Position numbers and translations under genes: made by a program
Origin: Mobula hypostoma
Lineage: Eukaryota
Reading direction: 5' to 3'
Length of the DNA: 64,000 nucleotides
NCBI RefSeq assembly: GCF_963921235.1
Contig: NC_086097.1
Coordinates: 6,262,001-6,326,000 of the forward strand
Shown here: positions 33,746-47,074 of the stretch, piece by piece
Layout: every line of letters begins with the position of its first letter
Numbering within the stretch: the first letter of the stretch is position 1
The notes under the pieces: generated by a model
The model's input: only the letters and a program-made list of their open reading frames with translations
Database searches by the model: none
What the model was told of the DNA's origin: nothing

Positions 33746-35794
33746 TATGACTTCCCACACCCATGCAGTTTATCGCTAATAAAATGATAATTGGAAACAC
33801 TTCAAACAGCAATTCAATATATGTTTTGTTGCAAGTAGAGCTAGAAAGGCATCCATCTTTTCTCAAGTAATTGGCATAGATACCTTGGACAACTACAACA
33901 ACTTTCAATTGATGAGGCAGCCTTTACATTGGACACTCTAATAATGAGTATTTTGTCCCAAATACAAATATCATGGTTCAAAGGTATGTTTTTTTCCTGT
34001 GACCAGAACTTAGCTGAGCTTCACAAACTGAGTAATTCCTGTGAGTTTGGAGATTTGAAACTGAAAAAGACTGTGAATATGTGCAGGGCAGCAGAGACCA
34101 CATGATCTCAAGCTGAGGAGCTGCACGGGGCTGTAACAATGATGCATACTGTGAAAACAGAGCGGCAGAGCACTTGGGCATCTTGGAGACCAACAGCAAA
34201 TGGGTCAGCTCAAATAGCAAACTTGGAGGTAGGCGCATCCCAAAGATGTGTTTTACCCACACCACAAAGACTTCCTCCGCCTCCTTAGTGACCTGCATAC
34301 TGAAAGTCCTGCAATAATTGTGGGGAAAAAGTAATTTTCCAAAGTGCTACAAAGCTGGGGCTACCAAGAGAAAGGTGCATGGGTTGCTATGGAAGTGGAG
34401 GAAGTCTTTGTCGATTCTCTGCGGACTGCTGGTGCTGGTAAAGCAGAATGGATTGTTCCAGAGACTGACAATCAGACAGTAATACCACTCAAGCTTGACA
34501 CGAGCCCAAGTGAGTTTGTTATCCGTAAAGGATTACAAGACTCTCAAAGTAAAGAAGAAGATTTACCCAGTGAAATTAAAAGTGACAGAAGAGAACATTC
34601 CAGTAAAAGGGGGCTGTAACATGAACTTCCAGCACAAGAGTCAGCACCTAAAGGCACAGTTACTGATTATTTAAAAGTGAATACAGCCAGTACTGGGTTT
34701 GGGTGAATGTGAAAAGCACAACCTAGTGGAAAGTGATTTGGTAGCGGCATCACAGCCTAAAGATAACCAAACATCACATATGGAAGAGTACGCAGATGTC
34801 TTTGAGGGGTTCAGATGGTTGCCTAATGTTAACTCGAGAAACTTATAACAGCATCTATGAGAGCTCCGGAGAGGTAATGCAAGAGAAGCACAAGAACTCC
34901 ACTTTCCATAGACACCCATATTAGCTACACCTGCACGACAGGCAGGATGCCTGTGCTAAAGACAGTAATCATGGTGAAGAAGTCGCCAGTCTTGCTTCCA
35001 CATCATGCAGCTTTGATTCAAAATATGTCTCTCATCGGCCTCCAGTTAAAGACTAGAAATCAAAAATATCCCCACAATGCTCTCCGAGGTTGAAGAGCAA
35101 AAAATAAAAAGGAAGATGGGAAGACCACTCTGTACCCAAGGTCAGAACAACATTGCCAGTTCAACACATACCAATATCTGATTGAAACCAACAGAAGGAG
35201 ATCCGTGAATTCAGACAGAATCTGTTGGAACTTGTGCCAGGACTCACTGATGACATGGATGTAGCCAGGTTTGCATTATGAGGCATGTGGAGCAAATTAC
35301 AATCACACAGCAAGAACAAGAATAGAGATGAACAGATAGGATCTTGGCAAAAGAGTGTGATAGAAATGAAGATGTTGATCAGATTTCTGTAATATAAACA
35401 CTGCAAATGAAAGCAATAAATCCGTGAGACAAAAAGCAGACCAAAAAGGATAATCAAACCACCTCGGAGACTGATTGAAAGTAGATGATTGAATCATGGA
35501 CTGTATTTGCTAATTACTCTTGAAGATAATGCACATATTTTTGTTGGAAAGCATTATTGTTTCTTGCAATCTTATGAGGACATACTATTGCATTTGTTTT
35601 GTTTAAGGGGAAAATGTGTTATTATGTGTGTACATAATAAAGAACTTTAGTTCTCAGTGAGCAATGTAGGTGGTTCACCTGGAAATGGAAGTGACATGGG
35701 TGAGCTGGAGTAAAGTGGAAGCCATTTTCAGTAAATAAATGTGTACTAACATTTTTACTCACACTGTTTGTCTTTATTAAGAACAAACATGACA

Positions 35795-38700
35795 CTATCA
35801 ATGCCTGTTTTAAGTATACACAATGATTTGGATTCCACAGCTGTCTGTGGCAACGAATTCCACCGATTCACCACCCACTGTCTAAAGAAATTGCTCTTCA
35901 TCTCTGTTCTAAATGGATGGCCCTCTATTCTGAGGCTGTGTAATCTGGTCTGAGATTCACACGCTACAGGAAACATCCTCCACATATCGACTCTATTCAG
36001 AGTTTCAATATTCAATAGGTTTTAGTGAGAACCGCGCCCCCCTCGCCAATCCTTCTAAATTCCAGTGAGTGCAGGCACAAAGCCATCAAATGCTCATTAT
36101 ATGTTAACCCTTTCATTTCTGAAATTATTCTTGTGAGTATCCTCTGGATAAGGGGTCCAAAACTGCTCCACACTCCAAGTGTGGACTGAACAATGCCTTA
36201 TCAAGTCTCTGCATTATATCTTTGTTTTTATTTAGATTAGATTAGATTAGATTCAACTTTATTGTCATTGTGCCGAGTACAGATACGAAGCCAATGAAAT
36301 GCAGTTAGCATCTGACCAGAAATGCAAGGAATAGTGTTATTTACAAAATAACTGTGAATAAAAAGTAATTGCTACAGCACACAAATATAAAAGTACTGAG
36401 ACAGTACAATATGGGTGCAATACTGCTTAGCGCTGTGGTGTGAGGTTCAGCAGGGTCACAGCTTCAGGGAAGAAGCTCTTCCTGTGCCTGCTGGTGCGGG
36501 AGCGGAGGCTCCTGTAGCACCTACCGGATGGGAGAAGAGTAAAAAGTCCATGGTTTGGGTAGGATGCATCTTTGATAATGCTTTTCACCCTGCCCAGGCA
36601 GTGTTTATGGTAGATGTTCTCAATGGCAGGCAATTGGGTGCTGATAATCCACTGGACAGTTTTCGCCACATGCTGGAGTGCTTTGCAGTCTGATATGGAA
36701 CAATTGCCATACCACACTGAGATGCAGTTGGTGAGTATGCTCTCAATGGTACAGCGGTAAAAGTCCATCAGTATCCTGGGACAGAGGTGAGCCTTCTTCA
36801 TGCTCGGCAGGTAATAAAGGCACTGTTAGCCGTCTCATCATCCCCTCTGATCAGGCCAACCACCGTGGTGTCGTCTGAGAACTTGATTATGGAGTTTGAA
36901 CCATGCACAGGAATGCAGTCATTGGTGAAAAGGGAGTACAGAAGAGGGCTCAGCACACAGCCTTGAGGCACGCCGGTGTTCAGGGTGAGAGTGGAGGAGG
37001 AGAGGTTGTCTAACTTAACTGGTCGGGGTCTGTTAGTCAGAAGGTCCGAGGTCCAGTTGCTGAGGGATGAGCTGATACCAAGCTGGTGAAGTTTGGCGAT
37101 CAGCTTGGAGGAGATCACAGTATTGAATGCCGAGCTAAAGTCAATGAACAGCATTCTGATGTAAGAGTTGGGGCTGTCCAGGTAGGTCAGGGCAGAGTGA
37201 AGTGTCATGGAGATGGCGTCCTCTGTTGACCTGTTGGTGCGATAGGCAAATTGATGGAGGTCCAGGGTAGTGGGCAGACAGGATTTCAGATTTGATAGAA
37301 CCAGTCTCTCAAAGCACTTTGCAATGATGGGGGTGAGTGCAACTGGATGGAAGTCATTCAGGCCCATGGCAGTGGAATGCTTTGGCACTGGCACGATGGT
37401 GGTGATCTTGAAGCTTGTGGGGACAACTGCCTGGGCCAGGGACAGATTAAAAATGTCCGTTAAGACCCTGGCCAACTGCCCTGCACGGACTCTGAGCACA
37501 CGGCCAGGTATTCCATCTGGACCAGCTGCCTTCCATACATTCACCCTGCTCAGGGTGGCACAAACATCGGAGGTGGAAAGTGAGAGAGGCGGTTCACCAG
37601 GTGGGAGATCCGCTTTGAGGGTGACCTCCTTGTTCTCTGGGTCAAAGCGAGCGTAGAAGTAATTGAGCTTATTAGGGAGGGAAGCAGAGCTGGAAGGGGA
37701 CATAGTACTAGGTGGTTTGAAGTCTGTAATGACCTGTATGCCGTGCCACATGTGCCGGGGGTCCGAGGAGTTGAAATGCTCCTCGATCCTCTGTTTGTGT
37801 ATGTGTTTAGCCTGAGAGATTCCCCTCCTCAGGTTGGCCCTGGCTGAGCTGTAAGCCTCCCGGTCTCCAGATCTGAAGGCTGAATCTCTGGCTTTGAGCA
37901 GGAGGTGAACTTCTCTGTTCATCCATGGTTTCCGATTGGGGAAAACTTTTATTTGTTTTGTGATGTCACTCCATCTACACACTTGTTGATGTGCTCAAGG
38001 TCAGAGATGGTATCTAAATCAATGTTAATCTGAGAGTCTGTGGTGGCATGGGCAGCAAACGTGCTCCAGTCTGTGTGCTGGAATTGGTGCTGAAGAGCAG
38101 AGTCAGCATCCTCCAGCCATCCTCTCAAAACGAATGTTAGCATTGCATTTGCCTTCCTTACCATTGACTCAACCTGCTAGTTAACCATTGGAGAATCCTA
38201 CGCAAGAACTCCCAAGTCACTTTGCACCTTAAGTTTTGAACTTTCTCCATTTCTAAAATAGTCTCTACCTTTTTTCCTTCTACCAGTGTGCATGACCCTA
38301 CATTATATTCCATCTGCCACTTCTTTGCCCTTTCCTCGATCAAAGTCCTTCTTCAAGACTACATGGCCTTCCATCTATTTTCATATTATCCACAAATATG
38401 GCCACAAAACCTTCAATTATGTCATCCGAGTCATTGCCATATAACGTGAAAAGAAGCTGCCCCAATACTGACCTTTGCAGAACACCACTAGTCACCAGCA
38501 GCCAACCTGAATAGGTCCCTTTTATTCTAACTCTTTGCCTTCTGTCCATCAAACAATTTTCCATCCATGTTAAGATCTTTCCTGTAATACCATGGGCCCC
38601 TATCTTATTGAGCAGCCTCATGTGAAGCACCTTGTCAAAGGTCTTTTGAAAATCCAAGTAAGCAACATCCACTGACTCTTCTTTGCCTACATTGTCCGTT

Positions 38701-38995
38701 ATTTCACAAACATTCCAATAGATTTGTCAGGCAAGATTTCCTCTCAAGGAAACCCTGATGACTTTGGCTTATTTTATCATCTGCTTCCAAGTACACCAAA
38801 ACTTCATCCTTAATAATGATCTCCCACATTTTCCCAACCACTGAAATCAGGCTAATTAGCCTATAACTTCCTTTCTTCTGCCTTACTCCCTTCTTAAAGA
38901 GTGGAGTGACATTTGCAATTTTCCAGTCATTTGGAACCATTCTGGAATCTAGTAATTCTTAAAAGGTCATTACTAATGCCTCCACAATCTCTTCA
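35795..38995 (-). mobile_element. CR1 LINE RT half (its 3' tail lies at about 28470-28619)
   Basis: DWKIANVTPLFKKG and YLDFQKTFDKV motifs; sequence is continuous across the Gypsy TSD. Confidence 0.85.
36232..38118 (-). mobile_element. Rex1/Babar non-LTR retrotransposon, 5'-truncated
   Basis: 394-aa RT frame (FPNRKPW, KAAGPDGIPGRVL, FIDFSSAFNT, GVPQG, FSDD), C-terminus FYRCTIESILT; (AATCT)n tail. Confidence 0.9.
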
Positions 38996-39532
38996 AAATC
39001 TGAGGAAAGACATCTTTGCCATAGAGGGAGTACAAAGAAGGTTCACCAGATTAATTCCTGGGATGGCAGGACTTTCATATGATGAAAGACTGGATCAACT
39101 CGGCTTATACTCGCTGGAATTTAGAAGATTGAGGGGGGATCTTGTTGAAATGTATAAAATCCAAAAAGGGATTGGACAGGCTAGATGCAGGAAGATTGTT
39201 CCCGATGTTGGGGAAGTCCAGAACGAGGGGTCACAGTTTGAGGATAAAGGGGAAGCCTTTTAGGACCGAGATGAGAAAAAACTTCTTCACACAGAGGGTG
39301 GTGAATCTGTGGAATTCTCTGCCACAGGAAACAGTTGAGACCAGTTCATTGACTATATTTAAGAGGGAGTTAGATATGGCCCTTGTGGTTAAAGGGATCA
39401 GTGGGTATGGAGGGAAGGCAGGTCCAGGGTTCTGAGTTGGATGATCAGCCATGATCATACTGAATGGTGGTGCAGGCTCGAAGAGCCGAATGGCCTACTC
39501 CTGTGCCTATTTTCTATGTTTCTATGTTTCTA
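38995..39532 (+). mobile_element. CR1 3' fragment
   Basis: EGVQRRFTRLIPG motif; (TTTCTATG)n tail. Confidence 0.85.
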
Positions 39533-39534
39533 GA

Positions 39535-39895
39535 ACAGAGAGGTTGTAGATTGCAGGACTGAGTGGACGTGGAATTGGTTGGGAATTGACTATGCCCAGG
39601 GGAAATCGATGGAGAATGAATGGACAGAAAAGTCGTGAGATCCAATGTGCATATTAGACTGTTCCATCAAAATGGGCCCTTTTCCTTTCTGTTTTCTTTA
39701 CTAACCCTCTAGTCAACTTAAGAATTATAAAGCTAAATTGTTTAATTGCATATTGTGTACTGTTTGTTATTTTGTGGTACTGATTTGTAACAGGGGACAC
39801 CGCGCAGCATCCACACAAACGAGATTTCACAAGTTTGGCAGGCCAGAGAGTGTCTTTCCCTAGACTAATGCCGCCCACCAAACCTGGGGGTTACA
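39535..39895 (+). mobile_element. LTR 3' remnant
   Basis: Ends GGGGGTTACA; non-coding, with an AT-rich poly(A)-signal-like region. Confidence 0.4.
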
Positions 39896-39984
39896 TCATT
39901 TTTATTCTTCATGTCTTGTTGAGCTAGATGGCGAGTAGCCTGCAACAAATAACATGGGCTACAATCTCCATTTGCTTAATGTCA

Positions 39985-40710
39985 AGTCCAGTCCAGTCAA
40001 GTTAACTATATACATGTAGTTTCTCCAGACCAGGGTGTAAAGCACAGTAGTACACATAACACACATATAACATACAATAACTTAGGAAATCAAGAATTAA
40101 ACCTGTAAGTGAATTATGCAAAGATAAACGAAGTAAAGTGCATAAATTAAATATTGTAGGGTATAGAACAGATTAACTGGTGGCACTCTGCATTCGATGT
40201 GGCAGGGAGTTCAGAAACCTAATGGCCTGAAGGGAGAAGCTGTTTCCCATCCCGACCGTTCTTGTCTTTGTGCATCAAAGTTTCCTGCCTGATGGTAAAA
40301 AGTCAAAGAGGATGCTGGACGGATAGGTGGGATCCTTAATAATACTAAGGGCCCTGTGTTCGCAGCACTCCTGATAAATGTCCCCGGTGGACGGTGGAGA
40401 GGCTCCTGTGATCCTTAGCCATTCTCACAGTCCTTTGTAGGACTTCCAGTCCGATACTTGGCTGCTCCCGTACCTGATGGAAATGCAGCTTGTCAGGGCA
40501 GTCTAAATGGTGCTCCTGTAAAACGCAGTTAAGATGGCGGCAGGGGGAGTCTCATTTGTCTCAAACTCCTTTGGGAGTGGAGACGCTGCTGTGCCTTCTT
40601 GTTCAGGGAGGTGATATTAAGGGACCAGGTGAGGTCATCTGTGTTGTGAAATCCCAGGAAGTTGGTGCACTTACCATTCTCTATAGAGGAGCCATGGATT
40701 GGCAATGATT
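39985..40710 (-). mobile_element. Rex1/Babar 3' fragment
   Basis: FLGFHNTDDLTWSLNIT..KKAQQRLH motif. Confidence 0.75.
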
Positions 40711-41024
40711 GTTTCTGTTGCACAAGAAGTTCCACCTTAATAAATGATAAAGACCAGTTTGAGGTGTAGGTAGTTGCCTTGAAGTCACCTCTCAAATCTA
40801 AATTCATGTAGGTTTGCAAGTTACTTTAAATGCAGGGTTGCAGGTGAGCATGTCAATATCTAACTTTTTGAAAGAACTTTGTTCATTGTCTTCATGTTAC
40901 CAATTTTATATGTTAATATAGATCCAGGATTGATGATTCAACATTGTTAAATGTAATTTCCAGTACGCAAGTCTAAGGAAGAAAATACGGATCTGACGGA
41001 GCTTGAAAAAACACAATAAGATAA

Positions 41025-41310
41025 ACACAAGAGGTTCTGCAGATGCTGGAGATCCAGAGAAACACACTCAAAGTGCTGGAGGTTTGATCAGGTCAAGCAG
41101 CATCTGTGGAAATGAATGAGCAGTCAATATTTCAGGCTGAGGCTCTCCCTCAGGACTGGAAAGGAAGGGAGAAGATGCCAGAACAAAAAGGTGCCTTCCT
41201 CCTTCCTTTTCAGTCCTGAAGAAAAGTCTCCGCCTGAAATGTCATCTGTTTATTAATTTCCACAGAGAGTGCCTGACCTGCTGAGTTCCTCCAGCATTTT
41301 GCGGGTGTTA
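41025..41310. mobile_element. Penelope pLTR inverted pair
   Basis: Minus copy 41025-41190 abuts plus copy 41195-41310; each has a hammerhead remnant. Confidence 0.75.
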
Positions 41311-42129
41311 AAATAATAATGTTTTATTATTTTTATTATTACCTTGTTCTTTAACTTATTGTGTTTTTTTGTGCGTTCCGTCAGATCCAGCGTAACAAAT
41401 ATTTCATCTACTTTACGCTTGTGTACTGGAAATGAAAACATTCTTGAATATTGAACCTTGAATCTTAAAGGAAAATAATTTCACCGAAGACTGTCTCCTT
41501 GACTCTCAATTTTGTTGGAGACAATATTAACAACTTGAAGGGAATAAGGATTCAATACACTTCATTTGCGTAAAGCTGGCCTTCCCTCTAGTTCGGATTA
41601 CTCATAGATGAAATACGTGTGCTCTACTGCTTCCTGTACCTTGAACAATTTCCTTCCAATCGGTGATATACAACCCTTATAATACCAATCAATCATTCTG
41701 TCCTTAAAATGGCTGCATTGATTCTTTCTTTTGGATTCTTGTGTATTGGAGTGAGCCACAGACATTCCAAGTCAGCTTTGTGCAATTCAACAGTGTAAGT
41801 GCAGTGACATTCTTAAGCAGTTTCCTTTAACTCTGCCAGAATCTGCAGTAACCAATCTTCTTTTATTGTGACCTGAATAACACCATCAAGGCTGATAGAA
41901 GCTGTAATCAGAAACATTTCAAGTCTTTTTAAAAACTGATGCTGTGCAAATCGACCAGACTCTATAAGAAATAAAATCTGTCTTTCATTAAAGTGATGAG
42001 CTGATCTATAGTTCTTGACTTGCATGACAAGTTCTCTACTTGCAGCTATGTCAAGGGTCAAAGACAAGTTAAAGTTCCTAACTGATGTGTTTTTGACGGG
42101 AAAAGTGGGGTGGGGGTTGATTTTTTCAG

Positions 42130-42260
42130 TCCTGATGAAAAATCTTCAACCAAAACGTTGACTATACTCTCTTCCAAAGATGCAGCCTGGCCTGCTGAGT
42201 TCCTCCAGCATTTTGTGTGTGTTTAGCTTGGATTTCCAGCATCTGCAGATTTTCTCCTGT
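42130..42260 (+). mobile_element. Penelope pLTR mini-insert starting at the hammerhead core
   Basis: Begins TCCTGATGA; 13-bp TSD TTGATTTTTTCAG (42117-42129, 42261-42273). Confidence 0.85.
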
Positions 42261-42855
42261 TTGATTTTTTCAGATATTGTTTGCAACATGAAGGTTAGTG
42301 ATATGGATCACCTCTGAAGTTTCTTGAGTTAAGAAAGATCAGAGCTGGTTTTACTGAAACATAGAACATTATTTAATAGCCTGTTAATGGGATCACAGTT
42401 TCAAAGCTAGGGAATGTCCATGAGGAGAAATCTGTGCAACTAGAGCCTGCATTTTGAAATACTGCAAGCTTGAAGGGTTATGGATATTAGTACAGGAAAG
42501 TGACAGCTATAATATCAGCTCTGATTGCTTACATGGCAGAGCGGTCTGGGGAGGACAAATAACATATTCTTTCTTCTGTTTCTTATATTCTTAACCACAC
42601 CTGCACTTAAAGGAATGTAGATTCTCTAAGTTTACTAAAGTTCCAGCAATTATTACACATCTGGTTCTAAGCTGCATTCTTAGCAGTATTAAAGGTACTA
42701 AATATGGCCCAAAGATGACTGTGGAGTCAAAGACATTGGGTATATTTAAAGCAGAGGTTGATTGGTTATTGATTAGTCAGGGTGTCACAGGTTATGGGAG
42801 AAGGCAGAAGAATGGGGTTGAGAGAGATAATAAATCAGTCAGGATTGAATTATCA

Positions 42856-44095
42856 ACCAGCATCTTTAATAAACCTACTGATTCCCATGGTCATCTCAAC
42901 AATACCTCTTCTCCCTCTATTTCCTTTAAAAATGCTATTCCCTTTTCTCAGTATTTTTTGGCCTCTGCCACACGTGTTCCCGCAACATGGCCACCATTTC
43001 AGGACATCAGAGTCGTTCTCTTCCTTTAAAGAATGTGGTTTCTTTCCTTCACTATTGATACTGCCCTCACAGGAATCTCCTCTGGTTCCCATATATCCAC
43101 ACTCACCCCATGTTCCCATCACCACAATAACGATAGAGTCCCCCTTGTCCTTACGTACCACCCCATCAGTCTCTGCATCCAACAGGCTATCCTCCACAAA
43201 CTTCCACATCTCCAAAGGGATCCTACCATTAAATAGATCTTTACTTCCCTCTCTCTCCTGGTTTTCTGCAGGGATTTCTCCTTCTGCAATTCCCCAGTCA
43301 ATTCGTTCCTCCCCATTAATCTTGCTCTACGCACTTATCCCTGCAAATGGTCTAACTGCTACACCTGCCCATATATCTCCTCCCTCATCTCCACTCAGAG
43401 CCCCAAATAGTCCTGGCAGGTGAGACAATAGTCCACTTGTGAATTTGCGGGGGTTGTCGATTGAGTCCAGTGCTCCCAATGCGAGCTCCTCTACATTGTT
43501 GAAACCCATCGTAAATTGCTTCGCTGAGCACTTCCACTCCATCTGCCAAAGGTGTCACTTCCCGGTGGCCAAATGTTTCAATTCCCACTCCCATTCCCAT
43601 TCCAACTTGTCGGTCCATGGCTTTCTTTTGTGGTAAGATGAGGCCACTCTCAGGGTGGTGGAGCAACATCTTATATTCTGTCTGGGTAGCCTCCATCTAG
43701 GTGGTATGAATATCAATTTCTCCTTCTAGTGAATATATTTCTCCCCCCCCCACATCTCCCTCTATTGCCTGTCTAATCTTTCACTTCTTCTCACCTGCCT
43801 ATTACTTTCCCTGGGTCCCCCTTCCTTTCCTTTCTCCTATTGTCCACTCTCCTCTCATATTAGATTCTTTCTTCCCCAGCCTTTGACCTTTCCTACCCAC
43901 TTGGCATCACTTATCACCTTCCAGCCAGCCTTTTCCCCCTCCCCCACCTTTATTCTGTCATCTCCACCCCCCCCCCAACCCCTTTCCATCTCAGACTTGA
44001 TGAAGGATCTTGGCCTGAAATGTTGACTGTTTACTCTTTTCCATAGATGCTGACTGAACTGCTGAGTTCCTCCAGCATTTTGTGTGTGTTGCTTG
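42856..44095 (+). mobile_element. Older decayed Penelope-like copy (RT thumb, GIY-YIG, pLTR) inside a CR1 tail
   Basis: KPTDSH, NAIPFSQ, RVPLVLTYHP and EQHLIFCLGSL remnants with frameshifts. Confidence 0.88.
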
Positions 44096-45599
44096 GGATC
44101 GAATTGTGTGGCAGATTCAATGGGCTGATTGGCCTGATTCTGCTCCTTGGCTTTATGGCCTAAATACTACATTTCTCCCTTGTATTCTTTTTGCACTTTC
44201 TCCAACTTTTATACCCAACTAAAACTCTTATTACTACCAACAACTACAAAACTTATTACTGCAGGAAATAGTCAGCAGTGATGCATGTAACAAGTTATTT
44301 GCTTTAAAATAATGTTTAGCTACAAGACTGTTCAGTTTGAAAAAAAATGTCTTTGTTTGGTACAGTAACTGTTTGGTATCTGTTGCAGGGCTAATCAATC
44401 AGCTGATGATGTTTATTGCTTCTATATTTAACTGTTCATCATTTGGCATGCATTTTAATCTACAAGAACACCAAGCTGCATCCAATCACACTCTCATTAG
44501 AGAATATTATGGATTAAAAAACAATATTTTCTTTCTAAAGTTAGATCAGATTTCAAGTTAACTGCTTTCTTTACCTTTATCTCATATTCAGAACTTTTAT
44601 CTTGTATCATTTCTCATAAAAAGGACAATATTTCAATGAACACAGATGTGAGTTGCTGTTGTAAACTCTACTGCAAACTTTCTCTGGAATTTAATACCTC
44701 TTTATCTATGAACTTCACAATTCTTATGAAAGGTCATCAACCTTAAACTTAACCTAGTCTCTCAGTATCCACTCTAAACTAGATTGTTCTAGATTGTTCC
44801 CAGTATTTTCCGCTGTTATTTGCTTCTCCAGATCAGCTTTGCATTTTGCTTTTATACTGCTGCATTACAAAATGTCTTTTTCTTGTGCATCACAGGACAA
44901 TTTACAATGAGCAATTAACCTACTAACTGGTACACCTTTGGACTGTGGGAGGAAATCAGACCACCCAGGGAAAACTCATGCAGTCATAAGAACATACAGA
45001 TTCCTTACAAATGGCATCAGAATTGTGCTCCAAACTCCGAACAATGAAACATCCCAAACTTCAATAGTGTCATGATAACCCCTTAGCTACCATACTTTAT
45101 GAGTCAACATGGAGTGGAAAGCGAGTTTGTAAATCTGGCCATGGCAAAGGATGTTAGGAATGGTGAGAGTGGAGCGCTGTGGGAGTGGTGGCAGAGAAGG
45201 GCTGTCAGGGTCAGGGGATGATATGGGTGCAGACACACCCAGCCCTGAGACAACAAGCAAGGTCGTTTGATTCCAAACAATTGGTTTATTGATCATTACA
45301 GAATGTCTCTCTGGTGCTCGCCTCTCCATTCTCCTCTTCCCAACCATGATTCCCCTCTACCTGTTCCATTCCCACTCTTAGTTCACAACAGAAAGTCATA
45401 TCAGAATCAGGTTTATCATCACTCACATATGTCGTGAAGTTTGATTTTTTTGTTGCAGCTCTACAATGCAATAAGCAAAGTTACTACTGTACTGTGCAAA
45501 AGTCTTAGGCACCCCAGACTTCTGTTCTGATGTTTGAGTTTCTATCTGTTATTTGCTTACTTTTTGCTGTTTGTGCAATTTAATTATATTTTTGCACGT

Positions 45600-45998
45600 T
45601 GAACTGGTGGGGAGACTGTTGCTGAACATTTTCTAACTAGTGTTGGTTGCGTGCACTTGGATGGTCATTAGACATACTACTGCGCTTAGTGTGAACAGTT
45701 TTTCATAGCTGCGGCTTGTATGAAGGCTATTCATTACCTGCACTAGGTGCCTGCGCTGATTTTGTTCATTTACAGTCAAAAGAATGCAAGGCAAATGAAT
45801 TTCTCCATCAATAAGTATTAGGAATTGCAGAGGTATTGGTAGTGTTCTAATTTGTTCGGTATTTCACTTAATTACATCATTTGTTACTCAGTTTGTCTTT
45901 TTTATATCTTTTTAACTGTTTCCATGAAACTTTGATATAATTGGGACAGCCTCTTAATTGGGCTAAAATGTACCTGTCCCAATTAACCAAACTCCACT
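45600..45998. mobile_element. Tigger/pogo-like DNA transposon end remnant
   Basis: Terminal TTGGGACA...TGTCCCAATTAACC...CCACT structure. Confidence 0.4.
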
Positions 45999-47074
45999 CT
46001 TTATATACACAAAATGTAGGAGGAACTCAGGAAGTCAGGCAAAATCTATGCAGGGGTATAAACAGTTGATGTATCTGTATGAGACCCCTGATCAGAACTT
46101 GTTGACTGTTTATTCCCCTCTATAGATGGGGTCTAATTTGCTGAGTTCCTCCAGCATTTTGTGCATGTCTTACCTGATGATAAACACTTTCTTATAGATC
46201 ATTCAAAGAGCCAACAATATCTGTAAGAATGTGAATTTCACTGTGCTGCTTAAATTGTATCACAAACATAATTGTACTTACAATGATCCTTCCAGTAAAG
46301 TCATTTTAAAATTTACTGCTTCAGCCTCTGTCTAATAGGCTGGAGTCCAACATTGTGTAACATCAGATTCCTTGGAAACTGGTGTAAGGCAGATGCTGTA
46401 TCTGTCTGAGCCACGGGAATGTCCACATCAATTAAAAGAGAGACAGGTTTGAGCTGAAATGTACTGACAAATGGATGCTGAAGTCTAATGTCCTGGGGAT
46501 AAATCAGACATTTTCCTACCAATGCACAATTGTTTTAATATTTAACATGCTTTTCTATATTTCTAAGCTATGTTTCTCATATGAACTCTATGAATGCCTC
46601 TGCATATGTCATTTTTAAAGCAAATCAAAATTATTTTCACATATAGAATTACACTTTTAATGAGATCAACTCATTTTAAAACATTCAGTAACCCCCCAGT
46701 AAAATACGAAGCACAGGCAGAAGTACTTTGCAGCACTGTGTTTAGAGTCTCAGGCTGAAACATCAGCTGCCTATTCATTTCCATGGACGCTGCCTGACAT
46801 TCTGAGTTCCTCCAGCATTCTGTGTGCGTACTTTGCACACAGTCTTTGTTACATTTGGACATGGATTATATGTTAATAATCCTCCAGGGGAATTTGTTTG
46901 AATTTACAATACATAAAATATTTATAAGCTCACATTACCCAGTGAAAATCGCAGTTCTGCCTATTTATTTTTGCCTAGATTAAGGCTCTTTCAGGGCAAG
47001 AATGCAAACTGCATTGTTACTGGACATTATCAAGAGGTTGCCCGCCAATGCATTTGCAGGAGGATCATTTCATA

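Larger units (their letters stand above)
28620..35794 (+). mobile_element. Internally deleted Gypsy LTR retrotransposon inserted in a minus-strand CR1
   Basis: LTRs 28620-28812 and 35615-35794 (TG...CA, shared GGAAGTGACATGGGTGAGCTGG), 5-bp TSD CTATC (28615-28619, 35795-35799), PPT AAGGGGAAAA, gag (NWKHFKQQF), protease remnant (PLKLDT), tail RPKRIIKPPRRLIE. Confidence 0.88.

Noticed and set aside
33165..33750. Cluster of short ORFs suggesting a gene or viral insert
   Set aside because: Lies within a TIR-bounded CpG-rich MITE.
41460..42100. Host coding exon in unique-looking DNA
   Set aside because: No convincing open frame bounded by splice sites and no recognisable protein.
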